Positions 47,681-58,083 of a DNA stretch of 64,000 bases are shown here, in pieces. How positions within the stretch are numbered: the first letter of the stretch is position 1; every line of letters begins with the position of its first letter. This DNA is from Bacteroidales bacterium (GTDB taxonomy: Bacteria > Bacteroidota > Bacteroidia > Bacteroidales > GCA-2748055). The stretch spans positions 5,027 through 69,026 of the forward strand of contig DAOVIO010000006.1 in NCBI GenBank assembly GCA_030673645.1. The letters are read 5' to 3'. The position numbers and the translations under genes are program-made. The notes under the pieces are model-generated. The model was not told the DNA's origin and made no database searches. It saw only the letters and a program-made list of their open reading frames with translations.

Positions 47681-49177
47681 TTATTTTTGAACAGCAAACT
47701 TACCGGCATCTAACAATTCAGATGCAGCATTAACTCTGTACAAATAAATACCATTCTCCAAATCACTTATATTTAGGCTGAAAGCATGACGACCCTGCTC
47801 ATAAGAGAAAGATTTAATTACCTGACCTGCCATATTAAAGATTCTTATTTCAAGTTCGTTAGTTTTTTCAGTGTTAATTCTCATATATAAATTATTCCTT
47901 GCAGGTACCGGATAAATTAAAACAGGACTACTATTGATTCTGTCAACATCAAAACTTGTAGGGATTGAATTTGTCCACTGTGGACTACCTAACATTCCAC
48001 CTGTTTTTGAAGCTGTTGCAGAAATAGCGTCAGCATTAATATTAAAAGTATAGCCACTTTCTCCAGGATTAACAAGGTCTGTGTCTGCATAATAATTAGG
48101 AACATCAACCAGATCTACTTCGCCATCATTTTCATGATATACTGCAATATAATTCAATGGAGCTGGAGGTGCATTGTCAAAAGCCAGCTTTTCATGAATA
48201 AGATTGGTAGTATCTAATTGTCCGTTGGCTGCAAAGAGCATCATACTACTATCAAGAAAAGGTGCTTGAACTCTGGATCCGTTATTATTAATGGCATCAA
48301 TTTGGCCTTGCTCATAATACAGATTATTATTTGAGAAGTCGAAATGACGATCTGCATCAGAAATTTCATCGATTGTTCCCAAAGAATCATTTGTTAAGAA
48401 TCCTGATGGGTCAAGTGGCTCCATTCCCTGCCAATTCATATTGTATAAAATGTTATTAGTGATTTTAGCTTTAAGTATTCCATCTAAGTCAAATCCTTCT
48501 CCTGCAACAAATACCGTATTATGATCAAAATGAAAATATTTAACATAAGCACCATCTGTTCTAAAAATCAGATCGCCATGATGTGAAATAGTAGTATTTT
48601 CAATCCAGATAGTATCTGTTTGATTTCCTCTTGTATCGACTACCCTGCCATTATTTGGACCGTTAACATTAAGAATGTTACGATATGTACAATTTGTAAT
48701 GAACACTTTTGCTCCAGATGCATCCAGGCGTAGTGGACATTGTGCATCATAATCGTAAAAACAATCATGCAGTACAATTCTAAGATCTTCTATCCCAGCT
48801 CTTTGAACATTTTTTACAATATTTCCTATATCATCTTTAGCGGTTATATATAAACTTTCAAGAGTAAGATCGCCTCCTATTGAAAATATCCGGTCAGACT
48901 CAGAGTTTTCATCTGCTGCAGGTTGAAGGATTGGACGAGGACCATCACCAGCCTCAGCACGGATATGTAATGGGTAGTTTGTTGAAATCCGACCATTCAT
49001 GTAATAGATCCCACCTCTTCTTAGTTCATAAATTACCGAGCTGGTATCAGCTTCAACTGCAGCATTTAAAGCACCAACGTTTACACCTTCATCTGGCTCT
49101 ACAACCACAACAGGTAATTGGGCAAATCCTGTGGAAAAGATTCCAAGAAAAAACAAAATAGTAAATAAGTTTTTCAT
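47681..49177 (-). CDS. secreted right-handed beta-helix-like protein with T9SS type-A C-terminal sorting domain
   Basis: Signal peptide. Repetitive N/D/G-rich beta-helix-like core (ITNCTYRNI, IENTTISHHGD, ITNNILYN). The last ~80 aa (VLIYPVPARNNLYMRI...GIYLYRVNA...GKFAVQK) match the Por-secretion tail pattern. Confidence 0.75.
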   Translation of the reverse strand: MKNLFTILFFLGIFSTGFAQLPVVVVEPDEGVNVGALNAAVEADTSSVIYELRRGGIYYMNGRISTNYPLHIRAEAGDGPRPILQPAADENSESDRIFSIGGDLTLESLYITAKDDIGNIVKNVQRAGIEDLRIVLHDCFYDYDAQCPLRLDASGAKVFITNCTYRNILNVNGPNNGRVVDTRGNQTDTIWIENTTISHHGDLIFRTDGAYVKYFHFDHNTVFVAGEGFDLDGILKAKITNNILYNMNWQGMEPLDPSGFLTNDSLGTIDEISDADRHFDFSNNNLYYEQGQIDAINNNGSRVQAPFLDSSMMLFAANGQLDTTNLIHEKLAFDNAPPAPLNYIAVYHENDGEVDLVDVPNYYADTDLVNPGESGYTFNINADAISATASKTGGMLGSPQWTNSIPTSFDVDRINSSPVLIYPVPARNNLYMRINTEKTNELEIRIFNMAGQVIKSFSYEQGRHAFSLNISDLENGIYLYRVNAASELLDAGKFAVQK

Positions 49178-49218
49178 AATAATAGATTTAGTTAATAATT
49201 AGATTTGATAAAATACAT

Positions 49219-52149
49219 TTAGAAAAATTTATATTTCAATCCAATGTTTGCACGCATCCCATAGTATTCTACGCTGCTATAATAGCCTGTAATTAACCGA
49301 GCGGTACGATCTGGTTGATTAAGAATATTATTCAGGCTAACATTTATACTTAGTTTTTCGCTTAAATTTTGTTTAAGCTGAAAATCCCACTTATAAAATG
49401 CAAGTGTTGCCTCGGTATCTGAGCCGTCTATACGTCTTTGCTCATCAGTCAGAATTTGATCTGTATAAGTAAATGACAGTCGGGCAGAGAAACCTTTACG
49501 ATCGTACCCCAGAGATACATTGGCAAGATACCTTGCCTGAAATAGCATTCTGTCTACATATGCTGTATCAAAGTTTACAAAAATTCTTCTTGCTTCTCCA
49601 GGAAGACCATAATCAGGGTTTATCATCCTTTGTATTAAGGTCTCATTATAATAGGTTTCTGAGTCCATAAGAGTAAAGTTTCCACTGAATACTATACCAT
49701 TAAAAGGCGCAGGCAGAAAATTCATATTTGTCTGGATTTCTGTTTCAAATCCTTTAATAATTGTAAGGGCAGAATTGTTTGTCGGATAGCTCATAGAATA
49801 ACCTGCATAACTATCTGGTATGCCAAAAGATTCAGGGGAAAGTGGTGTCCCGGGATTTAATCTTACAGTACGGTCATAAACAAAACCATCAATTATTTTA
49901 TGGAAAAGTCCTATAGTATACAATCCGGCTTTAGGTGTATAGAATGAAAGAATGGCGTCCCAATTTTCTGATTTTACAGGTTCGAGATAGGTTCCTGAAA
50001 GCTTTATTGATAAAGAGCTGGGAGAGATTTGCATTCGGGGAGCAAGGTCAGTATAATCTGGTCGTGACAGTGTATTGGTGTAAGCCAATCTGAGGTCAAC
50101 CCAATCCCAAGGTTTTATTTTCAAATGAATTTGAGGCAGGAAGTGTGTATAACTATTGCTTGTAGTCGTATCCTCAATAATTTGATTTGCAATTTCGCTA
50201 AAATCATCATCAGGAATGGCATCTCCAATGAATGCTGTGTATTCTAAAAAGGTTTTTTCCATTCTTACACCTGGAATAAAAGTTATTTTATCCCACATAT
50301 AAAATTCAAACATCCCATAAGTAGCAAAAATCTCCTCATAACCTGTATAGTCATGTTTAACATGTCCCGAAAAAACAGTATCATAGTAACCCTTACCTAC
50401 CAATTCATAAAAATCATTAGTAAGATCTCTTTGCATAACATAACTTAAGTCCATAACAGGATAATCACCATTTAAGAATTCTTCAGTTTCATAGCTATCG
50501 TCTAAGAAACTTGTAATTCCAATTAGATTCATATGGGCAGATGGTTCCAGTCCGGGCATAAGACTTTCCACGTAAGCTGTCTCCGGAGCACCATCAAAGC
50601 GAATCTGATAAGATTTTGTATCTCTTGTTTTATTTTTTACTCTAAATTTTGTCCCTGTCTTGAAACTCCCCCTAATGGATTTACCAATTTGAAAAGGGAT
50701 TTCCCAATTCAACCAGGCATTAGTTTCATTTTCAGGTGTTTCAAAACTTGAGAAAGTACCATCATATAAATAAATCTCATCTACTTGCTCATCTACGTAT
50801 TGGTCAGTTAATATTTCCTCAGGTGGCAAAGTATTAAAAACATCTGTGTTTTCTAAATATGCAGATAACTGCCTGAAAACCATATGATGATTATATGGTT
50901 GTTTCTGCATAGAACTTGATTGACCGATTCCCCAGTCTAATTTTGTTCCTAACAGATTATGTTTTCCCTCAATAGCATTAGAAAATATAAGACCTGTCTG
51001 ATCAACTTCCCTTTGTTTAAACTCAAGGTAATTTGAATTCAGATCATAATTCTTCTCACGTATGAAATAGTCTCTGTTTAATGCGCTAAAGAAAGTAGAA
51101 GTTTTAATAAGGGAATTCTTAAATTTATAATCCAGAAAGATACTTCCGTTATATCTGCCTCGTTGTTCAATTACCGATTTCAGATCTTCCTCTCCTATCC
51201 ATGGTTTAATGAATGTTTCACCTGCTGCGGTATCAACTATGCCACTGACTTCATAATCGACTTCCCATTGGTCGGAGCTTCTGTCATAGGATTCCGCGCT
51301 TGCAGAGAAAAGCATCCCTAGTTTATTATCAAAAAACCTGTTACTAAAGAATAAATTAGCTTTATAGTGACCAATTGTGTTTGTTTGTCCGCTGTACCCT
51401 GTCTGTAAATTAACATTTAATTTCTTCCCAGGTGCCGCCTCCTTTAAAACCAGATTAACATTCCCTCCCAATCCATCAGCATCCTTATCAGCTGTATTTG
51501 CCTTCATTACTTCAATACCGCTAATTATATCGGCAGAAACCAGGTTAAGATCTGTGCTTCGATCATCCAAGTCTGTTGAGGGAGCCATAAGCCCATTTAT
51601 TGATACTGTATTATATTTAGGTTCAAATCCTCTAATGATTACTTTCTGACCTTCTCCCCCATCTCTTTGAACAGTAATTCCAGGTAACCTCCCAATTGCT
51701 TCAGCAGCATTAATATCAGGTAATTCTTGTAGTTTTTCAGAAGAGATTACATTAATAATTGCATTTGAACTTAATTGTTGATTTATAGCAGCTATTTGTC
51801 CTCTGGCTTGTGCCGTAATAATAACTTCTTCTCCCTGAAAAACCTGTGGAGTAAGTTCGACCTCCATATATGGAGATTCATTCTTTTTAATTAAAATTTC
51901 TCTTGTTTCCAATGCGAAACCCAGGAAATAAAATTCAATTTTTTGATTTCCTTCCGGGATTCCAAGCAAATCAAAATTTCCATTTAAATCGGTTATAGTA
52001 CCAATTGTCGTACCACTTACTCTTATTGAAGCACCGGGTAACCACTCTCCTGAATTAGCATCTTTTACTGTTCCAGATATGGAGCCGCTTTGAGCAACTA
52101 ATAGAGAACTAAATGAAATAAATAATATGACAAATAAATTTTTCTTCAT
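49219..52149 (-). CDS. TonB-dependent receptor with N-terminal carboxypeptidase-regulatory-like domain
   Basis: Signal peptide, GSISGTVKDANSGEWLPGASIRVSGTTIGTITDLNGNF, plug domain, ~22-strand barrel ending GLKYKF. No SusD-like gene follows. Confidence 0.9.
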   Translation of the reverse strand: MKKNLFVILFISFSSLLVAQSGSISGTVKDANSGEWLPGASIRVSGTTIGTITDLNGNFDLLGIPEGNQKIEFYFLGFALETREILIKKNESPYMEVELTPQVFQGEEVIITAQARGQIAAINQQLSSNAIINVISSEKLQELPDINAAEAIGRLPGITVQRDGGEGQKVIIRGFEPKYNTVSINGLMAPSTDLDDRSTDLNLVSADIISGIEVMKANTADKDADGLGGNVNLVLKEAAPGKKLNVNLQTGYSGQTNTIGHYKANLFFSNRFFDNKLGMLFSASAESYDRSSDQWEVDYEVSGIVDTAAGETFIKPWIGEEDLKSVIEQRGRYNGSIFLDYKFKNSLIKTSTFFSALNRDYFIREKNYDLNSNYLEFKQREVDQTGLIFSNAIEGKHNLLGTKLDWGIGQSSSMQKQPYNHHMVFRQLSAYLENTDVFNTLPPEEILTDQYVDEQVDEIYLYDGTFSSFETPENETNAWLNWEIPFQIGKSIRGSFKTGTKFRVKNKTRDTKSYQIRFDGAPETAYVESLMPGLEPSAHMNLIGITSFLDDSYETEEFLNGDYPVMDLSYVMQRDLTNDFYELVGKGYYDTVFSGHVKHDYTGYEEIFATYGMFEFYMWDKITFIPGVRMEKTFLEYTAFIGDAIPDDDFSEIANQIIEDTTTSNSYTHFLPQIHLKIKPWDWVDLRLAYTNTLSRPDYTDLAPRMQISPSSLSIKLSGTYLEPVKSENWDAILSFYTPKAGLYTIGLFHKIIDGFVYDRTVRLNPGTPLSPESFGIPDSYAGYSMSYPTNNSALTIIKGFETEIQTNMNFLPAPFNGIVFSGNFTLMDSETYYNETLIQRMINPDYGLPGEARRIFVNFDTAYVDRMLFQARYLANVSLGYDRKGFSARLSFTYTDQILTDEQRRIDGSDTEATLAFYKWDFQLKQNLSEKLSINVSLNNILNQPDRTARLITGYYSSVEYYGMRANIGLKYKFF

Positions 52150-52213
52150 CTTTTTGAAACTTATGAATAAATGATCTAAATAAAATTAACAACTAAATCA
52201 ATTAAAATCAAGT

Positions 52214-52235
52214 TATAACATGTTATATACATGTA
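52214..52235. promoter_or_regulatory. candidate operator: adjacent perfect palindromes
   Basis: tataacatgttata (14 bp, 52214-52227) is immediately followed by tacatgta (52228-52235). Both lie 65-85 nt upstream of the TBDR start and share an ACATGT core. Confidence 0.25.
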
Positions 52236-52386
52236 AGGCTTTTTTGTAATACTCTTAATACGAGATGATTATAATCAACACCGAATAGGGCAAATAAGAA
52301 ATAATGATTGTCAAATAAGAAAATATAGCCCAAATTTTCAGGATTCAGATAGCTTGTAGATCAGCTTTTTAGAAAGTTTAAGGAGA

Positions 52387-53613
52387 TTACTGTTCCGGAA
52401 TTTCAAAAGGGGAGGGATTATCCAAATAGTTTATTTGCAATAAATCGATTTTAACTGTATTTCTGTGTAATCCCTGTGTCATAAAGCAAGCTTCGAAGTA
52501 ATTAGTACTTACAGGCTTCTTAAAATATTTATTTTCAAACTCTGTCAAAGTTTCAAGATTAGTTAGTTTTTCAATCGTTGAAATTAACCCAATATCTCTT
52601 GAGCTAATGAAAAATAACATCTGACTATCATCGTCTGTGGCAGCAATTTTTGTTATGACTGAGTAATCAGATTCATAAGCATTATCGACCGAAGAAACCG
52701 AAGAATAGTAATGATGAAGGGAGTCCGAAACAATATTATAAAACTGAAGCTCATTAGGATAAATAAAAAATTCAAAATTTGATCTTTTCAATAGGCCCTT
52801 TAGCATACCAAGAGATTTAAAGGATCCAATATAAATGATATTGTTTCCTGATAAATCCTGCCAATTAAAGTCGGAGGCCAGGATAATTTTGAAATCCTTC
52901 CCGGAATTATAAAACATCCTGGAAATAAAACGAATAGCAATAGGGGAAAATTTTCCAAGAGAGGTTAGTTTTGAGTCGCATATATTATCTTTTTTATCTG
53001 GGTTCTCCATTAAAAAAGTATCCATATCAAAATGTGAATTAATTCTTGAATCTCTTATAGAACGATACCTGTCAGGATAAGTATTATCTTTCATCAGATA
53101 ATAATCACCTATGACAATTAACACCGGCCGCTCATTATCCAGGATATTTTTCCAAATATGATTTGAATAATTACTATTTATAATAGTAGTAGTATTAGTA
53201 AAATATTTAAGATAAATAATGTTTGATGCTATAATTATCAGAAGTATAGTGATCCCAATAAGTATAGTTCGTTTTTTGATTACGTTTTTCTTCTCTTTTA
53301 CTTTTTGAAATTCAACTTTGTACCTACCTTTTGGAATAATAATCTTGATCTTATCCTCTTTGCCTTCATTTGCATAATAACTATCAAGTTTTTTTCTCAG
53401 ATTATGTATGTAAACACGAATATTTGATTCAGAGGCAGAATCTGATTTGACATCAATTTCAAATACTTCAAATGCAATAGTAATTTCCTTAGGAATATTT
53501 CCCTCAATCGTAGATTCAACAAGATATCTTAAAAGCTTCTGATACTTTTCAGATCCTGAAAACTCCTGACTTGAGAGTACTTTTTCAAGTAATTCTTTTT
53601 GAAATTGAAGCAT
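52387..53613 (-). CDS. membrane-anchored winged-helix (ToxR/CadC-like) transcriptional regulator with uncharacterised periplasmic domain
   Basis: N-terminal ~100 aa resemble an OmpR/PhoB-type DNA-binding domain without a receiver (KLLRYLVE...IRVYIHNLRKKLDSYY...PKGRYKVEF). Single TM (ILIGITILLIIIASNIIYL), then a ~270-aa C-terminal domain. Confidence 0.55.
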   Translation of the reverse strand: MLQFQKELLEKVLSSQEFSGSEKYQKLLRYLVESTIEGNIPKEITIAFEVFEIDVKSDSASESNIRVYIHNLRKKLDSYYANEGKEDKIKIIIPKGRYKVEFQKVKEKKNVIKKRTILIGITILLIIIASNIIYLKYFTNTTTIINSNYSNHIWKNILDNERPVLIVIGDYYLMKDNTYPDRYRSIRDSRINSHFDMDTFLMENPDKKDNICDSKLTSLGKFSPIAIRFISRMFYNSGKDFKIILASDFNWQDLSGNNIIYIGSFKSLGMLKGLLKRSNFEFFIYPNELQFYNIVSDSLHHYYSSVSSVDNAYESDYSVITKIAATDDDSQMLFFISSRDIGLISTIEKLTNLETLTEFENKYFKKPVSTNYFEACFMTQGLHRNTVKIDLLQINYLDNPSPFEIPEQ

Positions 53614-53754
53614 TATTTCTTTTAATTAACTTTCAAAGGTACCAAGTTAGAATTTTTAATTCAATTTGGAGAAAAATAAATAGCTAAACTAATAACTATG
53701 GGATTAAAGCTTAGATTTAAACAGGTGGATGATAATGGAAATTGGAATTCCCAC

Positions 53755-54972
53755 CTATGCTGCCTTCAGACGTTTCAGATTTGTTTTTTCCAGTCTCTGG
53801 CGGGCATATTCTTCCGAAATCATAATCTCTTTGGTATCTGTTGAAGGCATTTCGAACATTGCATCCATCATAATAGCTTCACATATGGATCTTAGTCCAC
53901 GAGCACCAAGCTTAAATTCAATGGCTTTTTCAACAACATAATTCAGTGCTTTCTCCTCCCACTCAAGCTCAATGCCATCAATCTTGAATAACTTTTGATA
54001 TTGCTTAACAATGGCATTCTTAGGCTCCGTAAGAATCCTTCTAAGAGCTTCTTCTTCCAAAGGATTCATGTATGTAAGAATAGGTAAGCGGCCTATTATT
54101 TCAGGTATGAGCCCAAAAGCTTTCAGATCCATTGGGGCAATATATTGCAATAGATTTTCTCTGTCAATTTTATCCTGAGCTTTGGATGCTCTGTACCCCA
54201 TCGTCTTAGTATTTAAGCGATTGGCTATTTTCTTATCAATTCCATCAAAAGCTCCACCACAAATAAAGAGAATGTTTTTGGTATCAACCGGGATCATTTT
54301 CTGATCGGGGTGCTTTCTTCCACCTTGAGGAGGAACATTAACAATAGCTCCTTCGAGTAATTTAAGCAAGCCCTGTTGAACACCTTCTCCGGAAACATCT
54401 CGAGTAATAGAAGGATTATCACCTTTCCTTGCAATTTTGTCGATTTCATCAATAAATACGATTCCTTTTTCTGCGGCCTCCACATTATAATCTGCCACCT
54501 GAAGCAAACGCGTTAGAATACTCTCAATATCTTCGCCGACATAACCGGCCTCTGTTAGAACAGTAGCATCAACGATAGTAAAAGGTACATGTAACATTTT
54601 GGCAATTGTCCGGGCCAGAAGAGTTTTTCCAGTTCCGGTTTCACCAACAAGAACAATATTTGATTTCTCTATTTCAACCTCATCGGTCTCTCTGGAAGGC
54701 TGCAAAAGCCTTTTATAATGATTATATACAGCAACAGAAATGTATTTCTTGGCCTCATCCTGGCCAATTACATATTCATCTAAAAATTCTTTGATTTCTC
54801 TGGGTTTCAGAAGACGGAGCTGACTTACATCAAAGTCACCTTTTTTTCCAAGTTCTTCCTGTACAATACTGTATGCCTGCTCAATACAACGATCGCAAAT
54901 ATGTCCGGAAATACCTGCGATTAACAGGTTGGTATCCTTTTTTTCCCTACCGCAAAATGAGCACCTGTCCAT
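53755..54972 (-). CDS. clpX: ATP-dependent Clp protease ATP-binding subunit ClpX
   Basis: Zinc ribbon CSFCGR...CDRC, Walker [18 protein letters not shown]. Confidence 0.95.
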   Translation of the reverse strand: MDRCSFCGREKKDTNLLIAGISGHICDRCIEQAYSIVQEELGKKGDFDVSQLRLLKPREIKEFLDEYVIGQDEAKKYISVAVYNHYKRLLQPSRETDEVEIEKSNIVLVGETGTGKTLLARTIAKMLHVPFTIVDATVLTEAGYVGEDIESILTRLLQVADYNVEAAEKGIVFIDEIDKIARKGDNPSITRDVSGEGVQQGLLKLLEGAIVNVPPQGGRKHPDQKMIPVDTKNILFICGGAFDGIDKKIANRLNTKTMGYRASKAQDKIDRENLLQYIAPMDLKAFGLIPEIIGRLPILTYMNPLEEEALRRILTEPKNAIVKQYQKLFKIDGIELEWEEKALNYVVEKAIEFKLGARGLRSICEAIMMDAMFEMPSTDTKEIMISEEYARQRLEKTNLKRLKAA

Positions 54973-54978
54973 GATCTT

Positions 54979-55656
54979 TTATTTTTTGCTATTGCGTAAC
55001 AATATTTCATCAATCATACCGTAAGTTTTTGCTTCTTCAGAAGTCATCCAAAAATCTCTGTCTCCATCTTTTTCAACCTGTTTCAGGTTTTTACCAGAAT
55101 GTTTTGCAATAATTTCGTATAATTCCTTTTTGAGTTTAACAATCTCTCTGGTAGTAATTTCAATGTCGGAAGCCTGTCCTTGTGTACCCCCCATAGGCTG
55201 ATGTATCATTACCCTTGAATGTGACAATGCTGATCTTTTACCCGGAGCACCGGCAGAAAGCAAAACAGCGCCCATTGAGGCAGCCATTCCCGTACAAATA
55301 GTAGCAATATCCGATGTAATATATTGCATCGTATCATATATTCCCAAACCCGCATGCACTCCACCACCAGGTGTATTAAAATATATCTGAATATCTTTTG
55401 ATGGGTCTGAAGATTCAAGAAATAACAATTGAGCCTGAATAATATTAGCAACATAATCGTCGATTGGAGTCCCAAGGAAGATAATTCTATCCATCATTAA
55501 CCTGGAGAAAACATCCATAGACGCAATATTCAACTGGCGTTCTTCAATAATTGTGGGGGATATATAATTCCCGTAAACAGAAAGGTATTTATCTAGATTT
55601 AAGGAACTTATACCTTTATGCTTAGTCGCATATTTTCTGAATTCATCTTGATTCAT
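54979..55656 (-). CDS. clpP: ATP-dependent Clp protease proteolytic subunit
   Basis: Catalytic-triad context GMAASMGAVLL, MIHQP, DRD. Confidence 0.95.
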   Translation of the reverse strand: MNQDEFRKYATKHKGISSLNLDKYLSVYGNYISPTIIEERQLNIASMDVFSRLMMDRIIFLGTPIDDYVANIIQAQLLFLESSDPSKDIQIYFNTPGGGVHAGLGIYDTMQYITSDIATICTGMAASMGAVLLSAGAPGKRSALSHSRVMIHQPMGGTQGQASDIEITTREIVKLKKELYEIIAKHSGKNLKQVEKDGDRDFWMTSEEAKTYGMIDEILLRNSKK

Positions 55657-55724
55657 ATTCTTATTTTATTGAGTAAAAAAAATAAATCCTGTAAGATTAT
55701 TAAGTTCTTTAAATTACGAAATTT

Positions 55725-57065
55725 TTACTTATCAGCTTCAAAAAGTTTGCGGAACTTATCCATTGTAATATTTTTCTTATCCAGCTTAACTTTTTCCTTT
55801 ATAAAGGCAATTATTTTATCATCGAATTTTTGCTCACGTAATCGTCTTGCTTCTTCCGGTTTTTCTAATTGCTCTTTGGCATAATTTTCAATATGCTCAT
55901 CTGGAATATTGGTTAAACCGTACTGGAGGAACTGATTCCTGGACAAAATAAAGGCATATTCAAAAAGCTCTTCTTCGCTAACGCTTATTTCATGTGCCGC
56001 TACTAATTTATTTTTCACCAACTGCCAGCGGAACTCATCCTCATAATTTTTAAAATCTTCATCAATACTTTCGGCAGACATTTTTTCATTTGCAGCAACT
56101 ATCCATCTTTTCAAGAATTCTACAGGAAGTTCAATGTTTGCTTTCTTAATTATATAGTCTTTAGCATCGATAGCAAATTTATAATTTGATTCTCGCTCAT
56201 AATTCATTTTCAGTTCTTCGATCACTTTGGCTTTAAACTCTTCCTCAGATTTTACGATACCCACACCATAAACTTTGTCAAATAACTCCTGATTAACTTC
56301 ATGCTTTTCAAATTTAAGCACTTCCATTATTTCGATCTCAAAATTATCAGAAACATCTTGCACCTGATCTTTTTCAATTTTTAACATAGCTGCTAATTCA
56401 GTATCGTTTGGAAAGGACTTTTTTATGTCAAAAATCACTTTATCTCCAACTTTTTTACCTGCAAACAGTTTCTTCTGTTTCTCATCTTTCATCATATCGA
56501 GTGACATACTAGCCTCTTCAACAATTACTCCATCCTCTATATCCTCCTTCAAATTTCCTTTTATTAATTCGTCGTTAGAAGCTTTCTCAACAGGTTTTAG
56601 CTCCCCAAATTTCTTAGCAACCTCATTAACCGACTCCTCAACTACCTTATCGTCAACTTTAATGGTATAGAAGAGAATCTTATCTTTTTCTGTTACGTCA
56701 GAATTAAACTCCGGAGATATTCCTAAATCAAACTTGAAGCTGTATTCTTTATCTTTATCAAAATCTGGAATATTCGCATCATCTTCATTAGGCATTGGCT
56801 CGCCTAAGATTTGTATTTTCTCATTACGTATGAAATTCATCAGATTTTCAGAAACCAGCTTATTAATTTCCTCAATAAGAACAGGCTTATAGTACATTTT
56901 CTTAATCATTCCGGCGGGAACTTTTCCTGGACGAAATCCCTTAATGCTTGCCGTTTTTCTATAATCATTAAGGACTTTATCAACTTTATCCTGATAATCC
57001 ACTTCTTCAATTTTTACAGTCACTACTGCATTCAGATCATCTACTAATTCTTTTGTAATGTTCAT
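55725..57065 (-). CDS. tig: trigger factor
   Basis: 446 aa; N-terminal ribosome-binding GFRPGKVP motif; tig-clpP-clpX order. Confidence 0.9.
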   Translation of the reverse strand: MNITKELVDDLNAVVTVKIEEVDYQDKVDKVLNDYRKTASIKGFRPGKVPAGMIKKMYYKPVLIEEINKLVSENLMNFIRNEKIQILGEPMPNEDDANIPDFDKDKEYSFKFDLGISPEFNSDVTEKDKILFYTIKVDDKVVEESVNEVAKKFGELKPVEKASNDELIKGNLKEDIEDGVIVEEASMSLDMMKDEKQKKLFAGKKVGDKVIFDIKKSFPNDTELAAMLKIEKDQVQDVSDNFEIEIMEVLKFEKHEVNQELFDKVYGVGIVKSEEEFKAKVIEELKMNYERESNYKFAIDAKDYIIKKANIELPVEFLKRWIVAANEKMSAESIDEDFKNYEDEFRWQLVKNKLVAAHEISVSEEELFEYAFILSRNQFLQYGLTNIPDEHIENYAKEQLEKPEEARRLREQKFDDKIIAFIKEKVKLDKKNITMDKFRKLFEADK

Positions 57066-57095
57066 TATTGAGTTATTTAATACTGTTATAAGTTT

Positions 57096-57144
57096 GAAAA
57101 CCGCCGTTCAATAAGTGGTTATATCACTTATTGACAGCGGTTTT
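57096..57144 (-). terminator. intrinsic terminator after tRNA-Leu
   Basis: Long imperfect hairpin aaaaccgc..tcaataagtg / cacttattga..gcggtttt with a 7-nt loop and a T-run on the minus strand. Confidence 0.6.
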
Positions 57145-57152
57145 AAGCTTTG

Positions 57153-57234
57153 TGCGGATGAAGGGACTCGAACCCCCACGCCTTGCGGCACTAGATCCTA
57201 AGTCTAGCGCGTCTACCAATTCCGCCACATCCGC
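57153..57234 (-). tRNA. tRNA-Leu (anticodon UAG)
   Basis: Minus-strand GCGGATG...CATCCGCA acceptor, anticodon arm CTAGA-CTTAGGA-TCTAG, long variable arm (TGCCGCAAGGCGT), T-loop TTCGAGT. Confidence 0.88.
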
Positions 57235-57244
57235 AAAATTTTGG

Positions 57245-57252
57245 CAAAGTTA
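57245..57252 (-). promoter_or_regulatory. candidate -7 promoter box (TAACTTTG on minus strand) for tRNA-Leu
   Basis: TAnnTTTG match ending 10 nt upstream of the tRNA 5' end. Confidence 0.45.
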
Positions 57253-57313
57253 GGATTTTTTTCTAAATCAAATCAAATATAATGATGAATTAAATATTTG
57301 TGGGAAAAATCGA

Positions 57314-58036
57314 TCATCTAAGCTCGAAATTCTCACCTAGGTAAAGCTTTCTAACTTGTTCATCTTCTGCTAGATCCTTACCTGTGCCTGCCTTCAATAT
57401 GGAGCCTTCAAACAAAAGGTATGCCCTATCGGTAATAGATAATGTTTCATGAACATTATGGTCGGTTATAAGAATACCGATATTTTTTTCCTTTAATTTC
57501 GTTACTATGAATTGAATATCCTCAACCGCTATAGGATCAACACCTGCAAAAGGCTCATCCAGCAAAATGAATTGAGGATTCAAAGCCAAAGCACGGGCAA
57601 TCTCAGTCCTTCTTCTTTCTCCTCCACTAAGCTGAATTCCATAACTTTTTCTAATCTTATTCAGTCCGAATTCCTCAAGCAGAGATTCAAGTCGGTTTTT
57701 TTGTTCTTCCTTTGACATATCGGACATTTCGAGAATTGCCTTTACATTGTCCTCTACGCTTAATTTTCTAAAAACAGAAGCTTCCTGTGCAAGATATCCA
57801 ATTCCCATCCGGGCTCTTCTATATACAGGTTCGCTGGTTATATCCTGGTCTCCCAAAAATATTCTTCCCTCATTTGGAGTAATCAATCCAACAATCATAT
57901 AGAAAGAAGTAGTTTTCCCGGCACCATTTGGGCCAAGCAAACCAACTATCTCTCCTCTTTCCAATTCAATGGAGACATCTTTCACTACAGTTCGTGAACT
58001 GTACTTCTTAACCAGATTTTTTGTGTATAGCTTCAT
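57314..58036 (-). CDS. lptB: LPS export ABC transporter ATP-binding protein
   Basis: 240 aa; [32 protein letters not shown] and LptB-type C-terminus ...[10 protein letters not shown]. Confidence 0.9.
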   Translation of the reverse strand: MKLYTKNLVKKYSSRTVVKDVSIELERGEIVGLLGPNGAGKTTSFYMIVGLITPNEGRIFLGDQDITSEPVYRRARMGIGYLAQEASVFRKLSVEDNVKAILEMSDMSKEEQKNRLESLLEEFGLNKIRKSYGIQLSGGERRRTEIARALALNPQFILLDEPFAGVDPIAVEDIQFIVTKLKEKNIGILITDHNVHETLSITDRAYLLFEGSILKAGTGKDLAEDEQVRKLYLGENFELR

Positions 58037-58083
58037 TGAAAAAATAATATTAATTCATTTTTAACGGTATCCTCTCCCTTTTA

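Noticed and set aside
52150-52386. Cobalamin or other riboswitch upstream of the TonB-dependent receptor
   Set aside because: The spacer is AT-rich, with no B12-box-like GC-rich core. Only short palindromes are present, and these are reported as a candidate operator.
57153-57234. tRNA-Leu as an integration hotspot for a genomic island
   Set aside because: There is no integrase, no direct repeat of the tRNA 3' end and no compositional break on either side. The neighbours are tig-clpP-clpX and lptB-tatC.
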